From NCBI RefSeq assembly GCF_032191835.1, contig NC_083238.1:26102001-26166000 (forward strand): 64,000 nucleotides of DNA, in the 5' to 3' direction. This DNA comes from Heteronotia binoei (taxonomy: Eukaryota). Below are positions 49,370 to 61,879 of this stretch, piece by piece. The first letter of the stretch is position 1. Every line of letters begins with the position of its first letter. Made by a program: the position numbers and the translations under genes. The notes under the pieces were generated by a model. The model ran no database searches. It was not told the origin of the DNA and saw only the letters and a list, made by a program, of their open reading frames with translations.

Positions 49370-50031
49370 TAGGGGTGTGTTTAAGCATAAGCCGAGCCAA
49401 AGAAATATCCCCAAAATACTAAAATGGTATTTTTCGGGTATTTATTCAACCTAATACAGATTAGAGATCTGTATCTGGATACCAAGTCAGCCTGCTGGAA
49501 TAAGAGCTGATATCATTTGGCTTTTATTCGGGCACCTCCCTTCATATCCCAGAGTCAGGCCACAACTTGAAACCCCTTCTATCCCCTCCCAGAGTCAGGC
49601 CACAGCTGCAGTGTGATTCTAGAGAAAACAGAAGGGGCTTAAGCTTTAAACCTCTTCCATCCCAATCCAGAGTCAGGCTGCAGCTATGGCACAATTCTGG
49701 GAGGGGATGGAAGGGGTAAACCCCTTCTTTTCTCTCTGGAGTTGCACCACAGCTGCAGCACCACTCCTGGAGGGGATGGAAGGGGTTTAAAATTTAAATC
49801 ACTTCACTCACTGAGTCAGCTCTACACACCTTGGTGAGTTAAATTCTCCATTATACCCTATAGGGATGGTCCCCATAGGGTATAACGGAGTGGAAAATTT
49901 CCTGAATACTAAGCTGAATACCAGTACAATACTGATACTGATATTCTGGGATATTTGGAGATGCTGAATATTTTCAAGTCACAAACACCCAGATCTGAAT
50001 AGACCCGATTTTTTTCTCTTACACACCTCTG
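49370..50031. mobile_element. hAT non-autonomous element with internal hairpin
   Basis: taggggtgtgt / acacacctctg termini. Perfect TSD ctgtagac. Hairpin at 49846-49890. Confidence 0.88.
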
Positions 50032-51413
50032 CTGTAGACTTCACATGTCATTTCAGAAACTTTTTTTTGAAACTTCCTAAGTTTCAACATTATTTACTTT
50101 TTTTATAGTCCACTTTTCTCATGGAGACTCAAGGCAGACTACAAAGTGTAAATCAATGTAATCCAGAGTGCAAGGCTTATAAGCAATGTAATAGGACTAA
50201 GATAAAGCATAAAGTGTTAGACATGATATGTTAAACTATCCAGCAGTCATAACATGGGAGGGGCATGACTTTTAATACCAACTTCTTGAGTAAATCCTCT
50301 TGGAATTTTTCTATTAAATTTCAAAATGTGATCAGGAAATTAATGTCTACAGTTTCACTACAAGAATGTAGGAACCACAGAAGAAATCTGCTGAACAAGA
50401 GTAGTCATGAAATTTGGTTACAGATTTACTGTTAGATTAAGCTGATTGCTGAGGTCCTTACTAGACTGTTGGAGGGGGGCAGGAAAATGTGTGTGTGTGT
50501 GAAGTGCTGTCAACTTATAGCAATTCCTGTAGGCTTTTCAAGGCAAGAGACCAACAGAGATGACTTGATATTGCCTACCTCTGCATAGCAACCCTGGGAT
50601 TTCTCCAAGAATACAAAGGTCTTTCTTGTCCAAGTCCTGGATACAAAACCGCAAGTGTAATAAAATTAAATACACACACAGAGACCACAAAGGATTATTT
50701 TTTAAGGCTATAACTTCTCTGAATCCCAAGGAAAAGAAGCCAAGCTTCAGGGAGCTTCTCCACACACACACACACACACAAATCAAAGATTTCAGGTAGA
50801 TTCAAGTGTTCTGATCAGTACCAGTAAAGTCCTCCATGGGTACATAAACAAAAAACATCTCTTCTTCCAGGCCAAACCTCTATTCCCCTGGCATTGGGGA
50901 AGATTCCAATATCAGAGGAATAGAATCTATGGATTCAAATCATTATGTTTATTTTCTTTCTCAGCCTTTACCTTTGGTTCTCTCACACTTCTATTTCTGG
51001 TAACATATCTGAGGCACAAGAAGTCTCACTCTCAGAAGCCTCAGCAATAAATTAACCTACATGTGCAAACACACACATCCAAGACAAAGGTTTCTGGAAG
51101 AATGTAAATAAATAAATACCAGTAAGTCTTGAGTAAAATTTGGCATGGCCACCACAGGGCATAAAAATTGTATTCCCGGGCAATTTACAGACTTTATATA
51201 GTCCCCCCCTTACTTTTTAAACAGATCTGTGTGTGAACATAAAGATGAACACAAGTCAATTTTTTGCAAAAAAAATCAAGTAAAATTTAATGGAGCTCAA
51301 GAAGAAACAGTCATACTGAACAGCTCTAGTGACAGGAAATATTCTAGGACTTCAGAGAAACTTTCAGCGCTATCATTTTCTTCTTTGTATTTTCTTGTTC
51401 TTTCCATCATCTG

Positions 51414-51692
51414 GAGAGCCAGTTTTGTGTAGTGGTTAAGTGTGCGGACTCTTATCTGGGAGATCCGGGTTTGATTCCCCACTCCTCCACTTGCACCTGC
51501 TGGAATGGCCTTGGGTCAGCCATAGCTCTGGCAGAGGTTGTCCTTGAAAGGGCAGCTGCTGGAAGAGCCCTCTCCAGCCCCACCCACCTCACAGGGTGTC
51601 TGTTGTGGGGGAGGAAGGTAAAGGAGATTGTGAGCCGCTCTGAGACTCTTCGGAGTGGAGGGCGGGATATAAATCCAATATCTTCTTCTTTT
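51414..51692 (+). mobile_element. Squam3-like SINE, full length
   Basis: Near-identical to the 8194 copy. Confidence 0.92.
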
Positions 51693-52604
51693 CCCCCCTC
51701 TCAACACCACCTTCCTGGCTTATGTGCATTCTCTTCACCCCCAAATCAGCAATGGCGTGTCTACAGAGCTCTGAATTGCCAATTCAGTTGACTTGACTCC
51801 CATGAGAGGAGCACACAAGAAATGCCTCTTTTCTGCTTACTTTCTTCATCCTCTTGTCAGGATAAGTTCCAATCAGACTCGTGACTTCCTTCTCAAAAGC
51901 ACATTGTTTATAAGTACCTTCCATCTTGAAGTGGCAATTATAAACTCATATTCATTCTCAAAAGTAATACAGAATGTTTGGCTGAGAGAAGAGAAAGAGA
52001 GAAACATGCCAGGGCTGTATTGTTTTCCAAGGTGCAAAACACTTAAGTACTCTGCTTTGTGTTACCTTAAAACACACATGGATTGGGCATAATACCAGAC
52101 TGGCTCAGCACTGGAATCCTGGATTAAATCCCAATTTTTCCTCTGAGGTCTAAAATTATTAGAACATGACTGGAAACATGTTACAAAAAGAGAAGGGTTT
52201 CACTTTTTCCCCTCTCCCCCTAGGCTCAGGCTGGTACTAAGGACTCTGGTTCCACTTCTGTATTGATGCAACTCACTTGAATTATACAAAGAATTAATTT
52301 GGCCATATTACCTACTCCTCAGGGTTTGTGAGGAGGAAAAATCCCCTAGAGGTATTGACTTGGTTTATCATCATCATTAGACTGTAGAAATGCTTTATTA
52401 GGTCATCTAATCCATTTTTTTCCCTAAAGAGCTAATGTAGGTTCGGCCCCTAACAATATAATCTACGCTGCTTTGTCTAGACTGTTCTTTTTATGGCTTA
52501 ATATAATGATGCTAACACCACTTTTCTTGGCAAACTATTCCACATGCTATTAGGAGTTTGTTTTTCCCCTGTTGTTCAGCTCAAATTATTTTATAGTTAA
52601 TTTA

Positions 52605-52961
52605 AATCTCATTACTTTCACCTTGGCACAAATACTGTAGGATGTTTTCACAAAGCCAGCCTGAGTAATTTTATTTGATCATGATGTCTCTGAAATCCTG
52701 CAAACTTGCCTAACGGACCCTCCACTCCTTGGCTCACCCACTGAATTACAGACTGCTTACTCTGACATTGTAAGGAAACTGAATCTCATTACTTTCACCT
52801 TGGCACAAATACTGTAGGATGTTTCCACAAAGTCAGCCTGAGTGATTCTATTTGATCATGACGTTTCTGGAATCCTGCAAACTTGCCTAACGGACCCTCC
52901 ACTCCTTGACTCATCCACTGAATTACAGACTGCTTACTCTGACATTGCAAGGAAACTGAAT
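52605..52961. repeat. Tandem duplication, 177-bp unit
   Basis: aatctcattactttcaccttggcacaaatac...ctgacattg(t/c)aaggaaactg at 52605 and 52782, with a handful of mismatches. Confidence 0.93.
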
Positions 52962-53192
52962 TAGCTACAAAGAGGGCCAATAACAGCTTGTGGTTTCCCA
53001 GTATTAGATTTGTCTAGTTGCAACTTGGAGAATGTCACTTCCCCATTATATTCCTCTTTGAAGATGGAGAAGATGCACTGGAGTCCTGCTCACTGCACTA
53101 CCAGTGAGGGGACCAGGATGAAGATGCCTGGGGAGAGCCAATGGGGGAGGAGCCACGCTGAGTCTCCAACTTTAGACAAATGTAGTGTATAC

Positions 53193-53771
53193 AAGATCAC
53201 TGCAGATGATGACTGTAGCCATGAAATTAAAAGACGTTTGCTCCTTGGGAGGACAGCTATGGTGAACCTAGGCAGTATAGTAAAAAGTAGAGACATCACC
53301 CTGCTAACAAAAGTCCATATAGTCAAAGCTATGGTATTCCCAGTAGTAATGTATGGCTGTGAGAGTTGGACCACAAGGAAGGCCAAGCACAGAAGAATAG
53401 ATGCTTTTGAGCTGTGGTGCTGGAGAAGAAACTTGAGAGTCCCTTGGACTGCAAGAAGATCAAATCAGTCAGTCCTAAGGGAAATGAATCTTGACTGTTC
53501 CCTGGAAAGTCAGATGCTGAAGCTGAAGCCTTCTCAATTGGCCACCAGATGAGAAGGGAGCCCTCACTGGAGAAGATCCTGATGCTGGGAAAGACAGAAG
53601 GCAAAAGAAGAAGGGGACGTTAAAAGATGAGATGGCTGGACAGCATTACTGATGTAACTAACACAAATCTGAGCAGACTTCAGAGGATGGTGAAAAACAG
53701 GAGGGCCTGGCATGACTTGGTCCATGGGGTCGCAAAGAGTCAGAATCAACTGTGCGACTGAACAACAACAA
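53193..53771 (+). mobile_element. BovB (RTE) LINE, 5'-truncated
   Basis: KITADDDCSHEIKRRLLLGR.AMVNL...KSRDITL.TKV.IVKAMVFPVVMYGCESWT...RIDAFELWCWRR.LRVPWTARRSNQS. (caa)n tail. TSD agtgtatac/agcgtatac. Confidence 0.95.
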
Positions 53772-54331
53772 AGCGTATACCTATGGATCCTATAGGGAAT
53801 ACTTTATCTAATTAAAGCCTGTCCTACAATAAGGAAATCAAGAAGCCAAAGTTGGCTAGATGACATGGGAAGAGACAAATGACTCTATATCACATTTACC
53901 CATCATCCCTCTTTTCACAGCAGTGTACCATCCAAATGGCAGTATAAGAAGAGATATAATTTAAGTCAGCAAAGCTTAGTTCTGATGACATCGTTAACTG
54001 GATTCACTCTATGGTCTAGCAAACGGATATATTAATGTAACCCCCTATGATTCTTTCTTAAGCAGAAAGAAGGAAGGGAGAAAAGGTTCCAGTATAGAAA
54101 ATGAAGAGAACGCACAAGAAACTATTCATTAGGCCCCAGCACGCTTTGAATCAAGAAATCCTTACTTAGGGGCAAATGGAAACCAGTTCTATAAAGAAAT
54201 GGCTAGAACAGTCTTACATAACTTGAAATACATTGGATCATAATAAATGGATTCCTGTGCAGCTTGGAAGATTTCCAATAGATAGTCCCTGAAGTCTGCA
54301 GTGGCAAAAGAGAAAAAAAAAAAGGGGGGGG

Positions 54332-54466
54332 GAGTCCAGCAGCACCTTAAACTCTAACAAAACATAAATCATACCTGATGGAATTATACTCCTGTGTACC
54401 TGATGAAGTGAGCTAAGTCTTGAGAAACTTTGGAATAAATGTTGTTAGTCTTTAAGGTGGCACTGT
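54332..54466. mobile_element. Penelope-like element terminal remnant (inverted ends)
   Basis: gagtccagcagcaccttaaactctaacaa ... ttgttagtctttaaggtggcactg. Internal ctgatgaagtgagc...gaaa..ggaataaat. Confidence 0.6.
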
Positions 54467-55150
54467 TTTATTATGCACATTTGAACACTCTAGTTCATGC
54501 ATCCAATGCCAAGAGGATAAATGCAAAGGATTAGAGAAGAGAGGACCTTGAAATGAAGCCATTTGATCTTTAATGATTTTCCTACCCAGTTTAACCTTAT
54601 CAACCTCCTCTAATTATTTTAAAGTATTTGAAATATATATAATAGAATGTTCTACAACTAGGGACTGTAACACAGAATCCTTGCTAAGCCTCAGAAGCGG
54701 ATGAAAAGCTTTTTCCTAATTGGGGTACACCCAACTAAAACTGGCTAGCCACGTTTTGTAGAACCACTTGTACAATCATCACCTTTCTTTGGTCCACCGA
54801 AGTCCTTAGATCCAAGTTTTGGGAAATAGACTCTGGGATAGAACTTGAGTGGGTCCTACCACAAAGAGATCAGCTACCAGGATGATCACAAGAACTAAAA
54901 GAGCTATATATTCCCAAGCACAGAAAGTAGTGTTAACCAATTTAAAATGGCACTGGACTGCATACCCAACGTACACATACACCCCTTCCTACCCATGCAA
55001 AATAGTTGACAGTAGGCTTGGCTACACAATAATACTGGACATAGTTATCCTGAGGTCTCTGGAAAGATGCCATAAAATGTTCTAAATTTTTAAAAGATAA
55101 TAAAATATCTCCTCTTCGCAGTACCAATAACTGCTAGAACAACTTACAAC

Positions 55151-55306
55151 CAGGGATCGTTTTGTAGAAAAACAGGTGGTGGAGCTCCTCCAGGGATTGT
55201 TATACAGTTGCACCTACTATTCAATGGACGTGGGGAGGAGGAGGGGGAACCCTCAAAAACATTCAGGAGCTGTGCTCCTGTGAGCTCCTGCTGAATTCAA
55301 GGCCTG
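55151..55306. mobile_element. hAT MITE, family B
   Basis: Homologous to 5670-5828. Flanked by cttacaac on both sides. Confidence 0.9.
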
Positions 55307-55314
55307 CTTACAAC

Positions 55315-55512
55315 CAGGGCTATTTTGGAGCAGGAACGCACAGGAACGCAGTTCAGGCTGGCTTGTGTCAAGGGGTGTGGCCTCATATGCAAATTAATTC
55401 CTGCTTGGCTTTTTCTACAAAAAGCCGCATGTGAAACAATGGTGACATCAGGGGTGTGTAGCCTAATATGCAAATGAGTTCCTGCTGGGCTTTTCCTACC
55501 AAAAAAGCCCTG
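55315..55512. mobile_element. hAT MITE, family A
   Basis: cagggctattttgg...aaaaaagccctg. Flanked by cttacaac/cttataac. Confidence 0.9.
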
Positions 55513-57499
55513 CTTATAACAATATCTCCAGTAGCAAGAACTCCTTTGGTTTGTTCCTCATAAGAAGGAAGGGGTAGGGGACATGCAGTATAAGGTTCCT
55601 ACCAGCCCTGCTTCTTGGTCATACATACAAAGTCTCAAGGAGGATTAAGATCTGAAATTAGGTAAAAGCAGGACTGGCTGGATCTGTTTGGGGGAGGCTA
55701 CAGGTTCAATCTGTCCCACGGTTGATATTTTGGAGAGCTGAGCATCAGCCCCATACTGGATATGAAGATGCTGGCTTCACAAATTCAGGCATTAATGCTG
55801 AGTTTTCCATCACCCTGCAAAGCAGAAACTTGCCTAAGGAACCTGTCCTATCATTCAGGTATTATTTCACCTCAGGAAGTACCCTTGGAGAAAAGCAAAG
55901 AAAACAGCAGGGGACTAGCTCATTTTATCACTGTTTTAGAAAATGGATGAAGCAAAAGATGTGAATGTTTCCAAGCATAGTTACAGAAAGCATTAATTTG
56001 ACAGGAAATAAGAATTAGTGTTGTGAAAAGTTTTCATGATGTTCCATTTTCAATTAAAAGTTGCCAATTCCAAAGCAAAGAAGGGTTCTGGGGGAAAATT
56101 CCATCTCCATCCTTTGTGCTGTTCATCATTGTGATTTCCCACATCTGCCACTGATTTGGTATCAGTTTTTCACTGAAAGAAGTGTTCCACTGAATCATTC
56201 TTGCCAATAAGGGACACATTGGCAATTGGCAACATCATCGCAATACAGAGCCAATCAGTTGACTGCATGATGCTGTAACTGAGGTCAGGTGAAGCTTTCC
56301 CATTGTCTTCACTCTGAGGGCCAAACTAGACAACTTCATGTTCTGGAGTCCACCAAGGGAATGTGGCACCATTTTAAAACCCCCTCCCTTTTTAAACTTT
56401 TAAAATTGCTATGGTGGCCCAATCATGCTTGGGACTGCAGCATGGGGGAGAAGAAGAGCTCCTGTACCCCCCTCCACTGCCATGAGGCCATTTTGGCTCT
56501 TGAAAAGTGTGTGTGGTAGACTTGGTGATGCAGTATCATCTAGTTTCTCCCTGAGTGGAGGATGGGAGGGAAGAGAAAACGCAGGCTCACACTGCACTAG
56601 CACTAGCAGCTTCATCACCTACCAGCACTGCATAGCAAGACTGTGACTAGTGTCCAACTCTAGCCATACATGTGGGACTAACCGGACAGAATGCAGATCA
56701 GAAGCACATTCGGTAAAGATCCTCTTCTTAAGCCCTGTTTCCAGGGCTGGCATTAGGGAGTCGGCAGGATAGGCCACTGCCTACAGCGGCATCTGGCCAC
56801 AGGGTCACCCTGCAGGGTGGGAGCACACTGGTCAGTTTCACACACGCTGCCTCTGCTGTACCGCACTGCTCTGGGCTGGGCTGCTTCTCCTGACTGCTGC
56901 CATGCTACTCACTGCCACCTTCCTGCCTGCCTTCCAGGACTGGAGGCAGTGATGGCACTTCTGCAGGCTATGCCTCCCTCCTCCCTTCTACGTCTCTGCC
57001 TCCTGGCTGCTGAGGCTGCTGTGCCCTGCCTAGCTTCAGCGGGCCCTCCAAACTGGCCCCTTCCCAGCCCAGTGGCATGCACTGAATGGAGCGTTAGGTG
57101 GGATCAGACCTCTTCACTTCCACCCCAGCCAGCTGGCCGTCCAACCTGCCCCTGGCAAAGAAGAAGGAGCAGAACCGCCAGGCAGCCTCTCCTGCAGGAG
57201 GAGAACACTGCTGAGAAGGGCCAGGGGTGCCCCCGGCTGATTCCAGGCAGCCTGGCCAAAGGCAGCTCAGCCACCCACTCTGGCTGGCTGGCTGATGCCC
57301 GCTTGCCAGAGCAAGCCAGCCAGCCAGCGAAATGGCTATTCCTTTCCACAGTGCCTGCAAGGTTTACTATTATTACTTCGAAATCACCTCAGGATCACAG
57401 TGTAAACAGACAACATCAGAAGGAATAGGGGGCGGGGAATGCAACAGGAAGGAAGGCGAGGGATCTAAGAAAGAACTGGTGGAGAAGGTAAGGGACAGC

Positions 57500-57722
57500 A
57501 GCCACATATATGAACATATGAAGCTGCCTTCTACTGAATCAGACCCCGGGTCCATCAAAGTCAGTATTGTCTACTCAGACTGGCAGCGGCTCTCCAGGGT
57601 CTCAAGCTGAGGTTTTTCATGCCTACTTGCCTGGACCCTTTTTAGTTGGAGATGCCAGGGATTGAACCTGGGACCTTCTGCTTACCAAGCCGATGCTCTA
57701 CCACTGAGCCACCGTCCCTCCC
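57500..57722 (-). mobile_element. tRNA-derived SINE with CR1-like 3' tail
   Basis: Antisense head gatgctctaccactgagccaccgtcc and B box gggattgaacctgggacc. Tail gaacatatgaagctgccttctactgaatcagacc resembles the CR1 end at 48181. Confidence 0.8.
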
Positions 57723-58209
57723 CACTGTAAGCCACCCCCACCTCCACATTCACAGCTCCATGTTCTGGAGTCCACCAAGGGAATGTGGCACCATTTCAAA
57801 GCCCCCTGCCTTTTTAAAGAGATAACAGTACAACTTTGCCTTTTGTAGGGAATGCTTACACATTGAGAACTTGGGACCTATGTTCTGGTAGTTGTGTCAA
57901 CCAGCCCTTGGTTCAGCATTGGACCAGGCTGTTGCAGTATCACATCAAAAGCTCTGACTTTCAGCAAAGTTCAAAAAGGCAGTGGAGCCTGCCCAAACTT
58001 TTGCAGGCAATGGAGTTAGCCCTGACTGACTGCTCATGCGCAAGAGGTAAAGCAGCAACCTGATTAGTGCATCAGTGCTATGTCTGGAAGAAAGCACTGG
58101 GTCAAACTGTGCCTAACTCTCCCCCCTTCTCTCCCCCCTTTTTGGGATGCTGAATGATGATTCAACTGCTTGGAACGTCCCCCCCCCCTTCCACCCAGAG
58201 CTTCAACTC

Positions 58210-58666
58210 CAGGCCTCATTTTGGGCAGGAACTCACAGGAGCAGAGCTCCAGAACCTCTAAATATTATGTGCTCTTTCCCCCACCCCCCTCAGTATTTGC
58301 TTCTGGGTTCCATTGTTCAAACCTCCCATGAAAATTTGCTGAACTCTAGGATTTGACAAACTTTCTAATATCCCCCCCACACACATAAAATGGGAAAATA
58401 ACCAAAACATATAAAGCAGACAGATGGAAAACTTCCTCATGCCACTGTGGCCACATAGGAGAAACTAATTTTAAAAAAGTATGATGGGAGTAAAGTTTTA
58501 TTATGACAATTATAATTCAAGAAGCATTATAAGATAAATGCTGAGATGATATAATTTAGTACACCTTCCGGTGAGGTCAGGGGGTTGTGGCATATCCAAA
58601 TGAGTTATGCAAATGAGTTGTGCTAATGAGCTCTGGCACCTTTTCCCCCCTACAAAATGACCCCTG
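58210..58666. mobile_element. MITE related to family B (longer variant)
   Basis: caggcctcattttgggcaggaactcacaggagc ... tacaaaatgacccctg. Confidence 0.75.
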
Positions 58667-60603
58667 CTCAAACCCATCCTCTTGACTCCATGCTTAGGAT
58701 TGCTCTCTTTGCAAACTTCTTGCATTCAGGTTCTACGCAAGCTTCTTGCACCCAGGTTTTATTGAATGGGGCTTGCTTGCTCCCAGGAGATAGATCCAGG
58801 CGGGCAACCGTGTTAGTATCTGAAGCAATAGAATTTAAGACTTCATGTGCTCAAAGCAGGTGCACTGAGGAGCATTTGGCAGCTGTGCTGGCCACCTTCC
58901 TTCCTTCCTTTCCCTGGAGGAACCATGGGCACTGGCTAAATGTCTTCTGTTTTTCAAAATTGGTTAGGGGTGGCACAAGTAGGTAGCCTCACCTAGGGTG
59001 CCAAAAAGCCTGGCACTGGCCCTGCTTGCTCTCTGTACCCCTGCCTGCAAAGGTGAGGGGGTGGTGACCAGATGGCACCCATTGTATACTCTTTCAAATG
59101 CCAAGACAAGATATTCTCCCCCGCCCCCTTCCCAGGATTTAACAGAAGGGGTTTGATCAGTCTGCTCTGGCCTCAGGACTGTTTACATTTTATGGTGTTT
59201 CATGCTCTGACATAGTTTTTCACATCTTGTTTTTTATGCTCTAGCCTATTTGAGTGGCTTGTTTCTATGTTCTGGTTTGTGTGCTTCTATTGTATTTCGT
59301 TCCCTGACAGCAGCCTTGAGAAGGTCTATGGAGAGGCAGCCTATACGTTTGCTAAATAAATAAATTTCTTGAATGGTTGTTATTTGCACTAATTTGATTG
59401 GGATGTATATTCGGATGCACATTCACATGTCCATCCCCATTCATATGCTGCACTAGTTAGTCTGGATTACAACAAAATGATGCATTTAATTGGTTTGGGG
59501 CATAGAAACACTGCCCCCATATATACCCAGGGACACACTCCTTCCTCTGCTATCTGCTGTATTGTGGAAAGATTTATATCCTCCTACAAAAGGCTACAAC
59601 AGATTGTCACCATATTTTGTGACAATGAAAATGTCAGCAAAAATTGTCCCTTGTTTTGGCTTAGTACTAACAAGAAATCTATTATAAAGATGGGCTAAAT
59701 ATATTCAGACTAATACTAGTCGGGTAGGGTACGAACTGTCTTCAAACAGATCTCTTTTAACAACCGCAAAACCTTTTATGTATAGAATTGTAGGTGGTTT
59801 GGATGGTTGATGGGTCTTACCTGTATTTTTTATTTATGGAAAGAAAAAATATGTCTGGGTTTTTTTTTAGTTATGCAAACTGCATGACAATTGATGAGCC
59901 TTTAAATATCATGGCTTTAAATTCCTTCATGCAGTACAATACAGAATTTCAGTAAAATCAGCCTCTTTGCAAGACAGCAACTGAGTATCATTTAAAAATA
60001 GGAAATGGGAGTGGGTTGGGGGGGAATTATAGATCCTTTGACTTAATGTCTAGACGTGGTAAACTGGCAGAAAGCAAAGACAAGTTATGCTAACTATGTA
60101 AATTGCTGAGCAAAAAAAAAAAATCAGTATAACTTCTGCAAACTGATGTCTTGTTTCGCCAATGGTTTAATATTTTCGAGAGTATAAAGACACCTGCAGA
60201 TAGGGATGGTCAGATATTTATCTTAATTTCAATCTGCCCTTCCCCCAAGTAGCTCAAGGCAGTATATATCATTCTCCAGCCTTCCATTTTAGCCTCACAA
60301 TCACTCTGTGAGATGTTAGACTGAGATAGTGACCTGGCCCAAGGTTATTCATGAGCTTCAAGTCAAAGTGGGTATTTGAACCTGGGTCTTCCATAACCTA
60401 GAGCAAAAATGTAACCACTACACCATGAAGGCTTTGCCTTGGAATTTCAAAAAGTACACATGGGCCAACAACAGATGGCTGGCTCAGGGCAGCATCAAGC
60501 CATTCCAGAAGTCAGCTGGCCAGGTGACCCATGGCCCACCAGGGCTGAGCTGTGTGTGCTCTGGAGGAGTTTTTAGAGCGCTCGTGCACCTCTCAGCCAC
60601 TTC

Positions 60604-60868
60604 CAGAGCCAGTTTGGTGTAGTGGTTAAGTGTGCGGACTCTTATCTGGGAGAACTGGGTTTGATTCCCCACTCCTCCACTTGCACCTCCTAGCATGGCC
60701 TTGGGTCAGCCATAGCTCTGGCAGAGGTTGTCCTTGAAAGGGCAGCTGCTGTGAGAGCCCTCTCAGCCCCACCCACCTCACAGGGCATCTGTTGTGGGGG
60801 AGGAAGCCACTCTGAGACTCTCCGGAGTGGAGGGCTGGATATAAAGCCAATATCATCTTCTTCTTCCC
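60604..60868 (+). mobile_element. Squam3-like SINE with a short internal deletion, inserted in the unclassified repeat
   Basis: Standard head. Lacks gtaaaggagattgtg relative to the 51414 copy. Confidence 0.88.
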
Positions 60869-61879
60869 AAGTGCTTCCCGGCTGTCCAGACGTCCAGGGA
60901 AGCGCCTTGGAGCTGCCTCAGAATTTAGACACCACTTTGTGTGTGGGATGGGGATGGCAGGCAAATGTGCACGTGTGTATGCACTTTTTTGATCCACCTG
61001 CCTCCCGTCCCCAGGGCAGCTCAAACCGCCCGTTTGTTATCACCCATGGAATTTGGAAAAGGTCTTGACAACCCTACAAAGAAGATAAAAGAAGCCTGGA
61101 CCCTGACTCCAAGATTTTGTTCCTGAGTAACCTTAGCCATTAGCAGTGGCTGTTCATCCTAACACCATATTACTGTTGAATACATTTAATCATAACAGGA
61201 TTGGTTCAAAGCTGAACCCTGGGAGACCCACTCTTCTCTCCACAGTGAAGCTGTCATTTCCTGTTTTATAATCAGTTACTGATCCATGAGAGAGATTCTT
61301 CATGATTGCCAAGACCCAGTACTTACATTATCCTGGTGGCATGGGAGATACTGGAGTGGCCATCTTTCTCATAGGGATAAACAGACAATCCTCAGGCAAT
61401 GCAGGAGGAAGTCAGTGCCATAGCTCTCTGCCATAGCTCTCTACTTGCCAGCATACTCCCTTGGGAAACTAGGCTAATGATGGAAGGGAGGGGAGCTGCA
61501 GCATGACCTCCTCCTGGGTAAGCTTCTCACATTAGTTTGCAGTGGGGAGTGGGGGGAGATGTTGCTGCATGCAACTCCAACACTGCTAGAATAATGAGGT
61601 TTCCCGAGACTATAATGATGAACACAATTACTGGCAGTGCCCAACCATCATTTCTAGGAATATGGTACAAATTAGGATGACTAGACTATACCATGGTAAT
61701 GAGTTTGCAGCCTAGACTAGATCCCCTGAAGCCTCAGACCTTGGGAAAGGATAGCCATTTTTCCTCACATGCTTGGATCTTGCTTATTGGGCAAGTCAAC
61801 GGGAGGCCCAGGTTGCCAATGTTGCTCGGTCATTTTCGGCTGGTCAAGCAACTAGTTCCCTATCTCACTTCCTAGGATC

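Noticed and set aside
53010-53552. 180-aa ORF as a host gene
   Set aside because: The C-terminal two-thirds is BovB; the N-terminus is read-in from flanking DNA.
56817-57428. 203-aa ORF
   Set aside because: GC-rich, repeat-like interior, no domain motif, no splice context.
2481-60868. Recurring short ORFs (MVKCADSYLGEPG...) and tRNA-like heads as a gene family, tRNA genes or CRISPR-like repeats
   Set aside because: All are copies of one dispersed SINE. There is no cloverleaf with acceptor stem and no regular repeat-spacer array.
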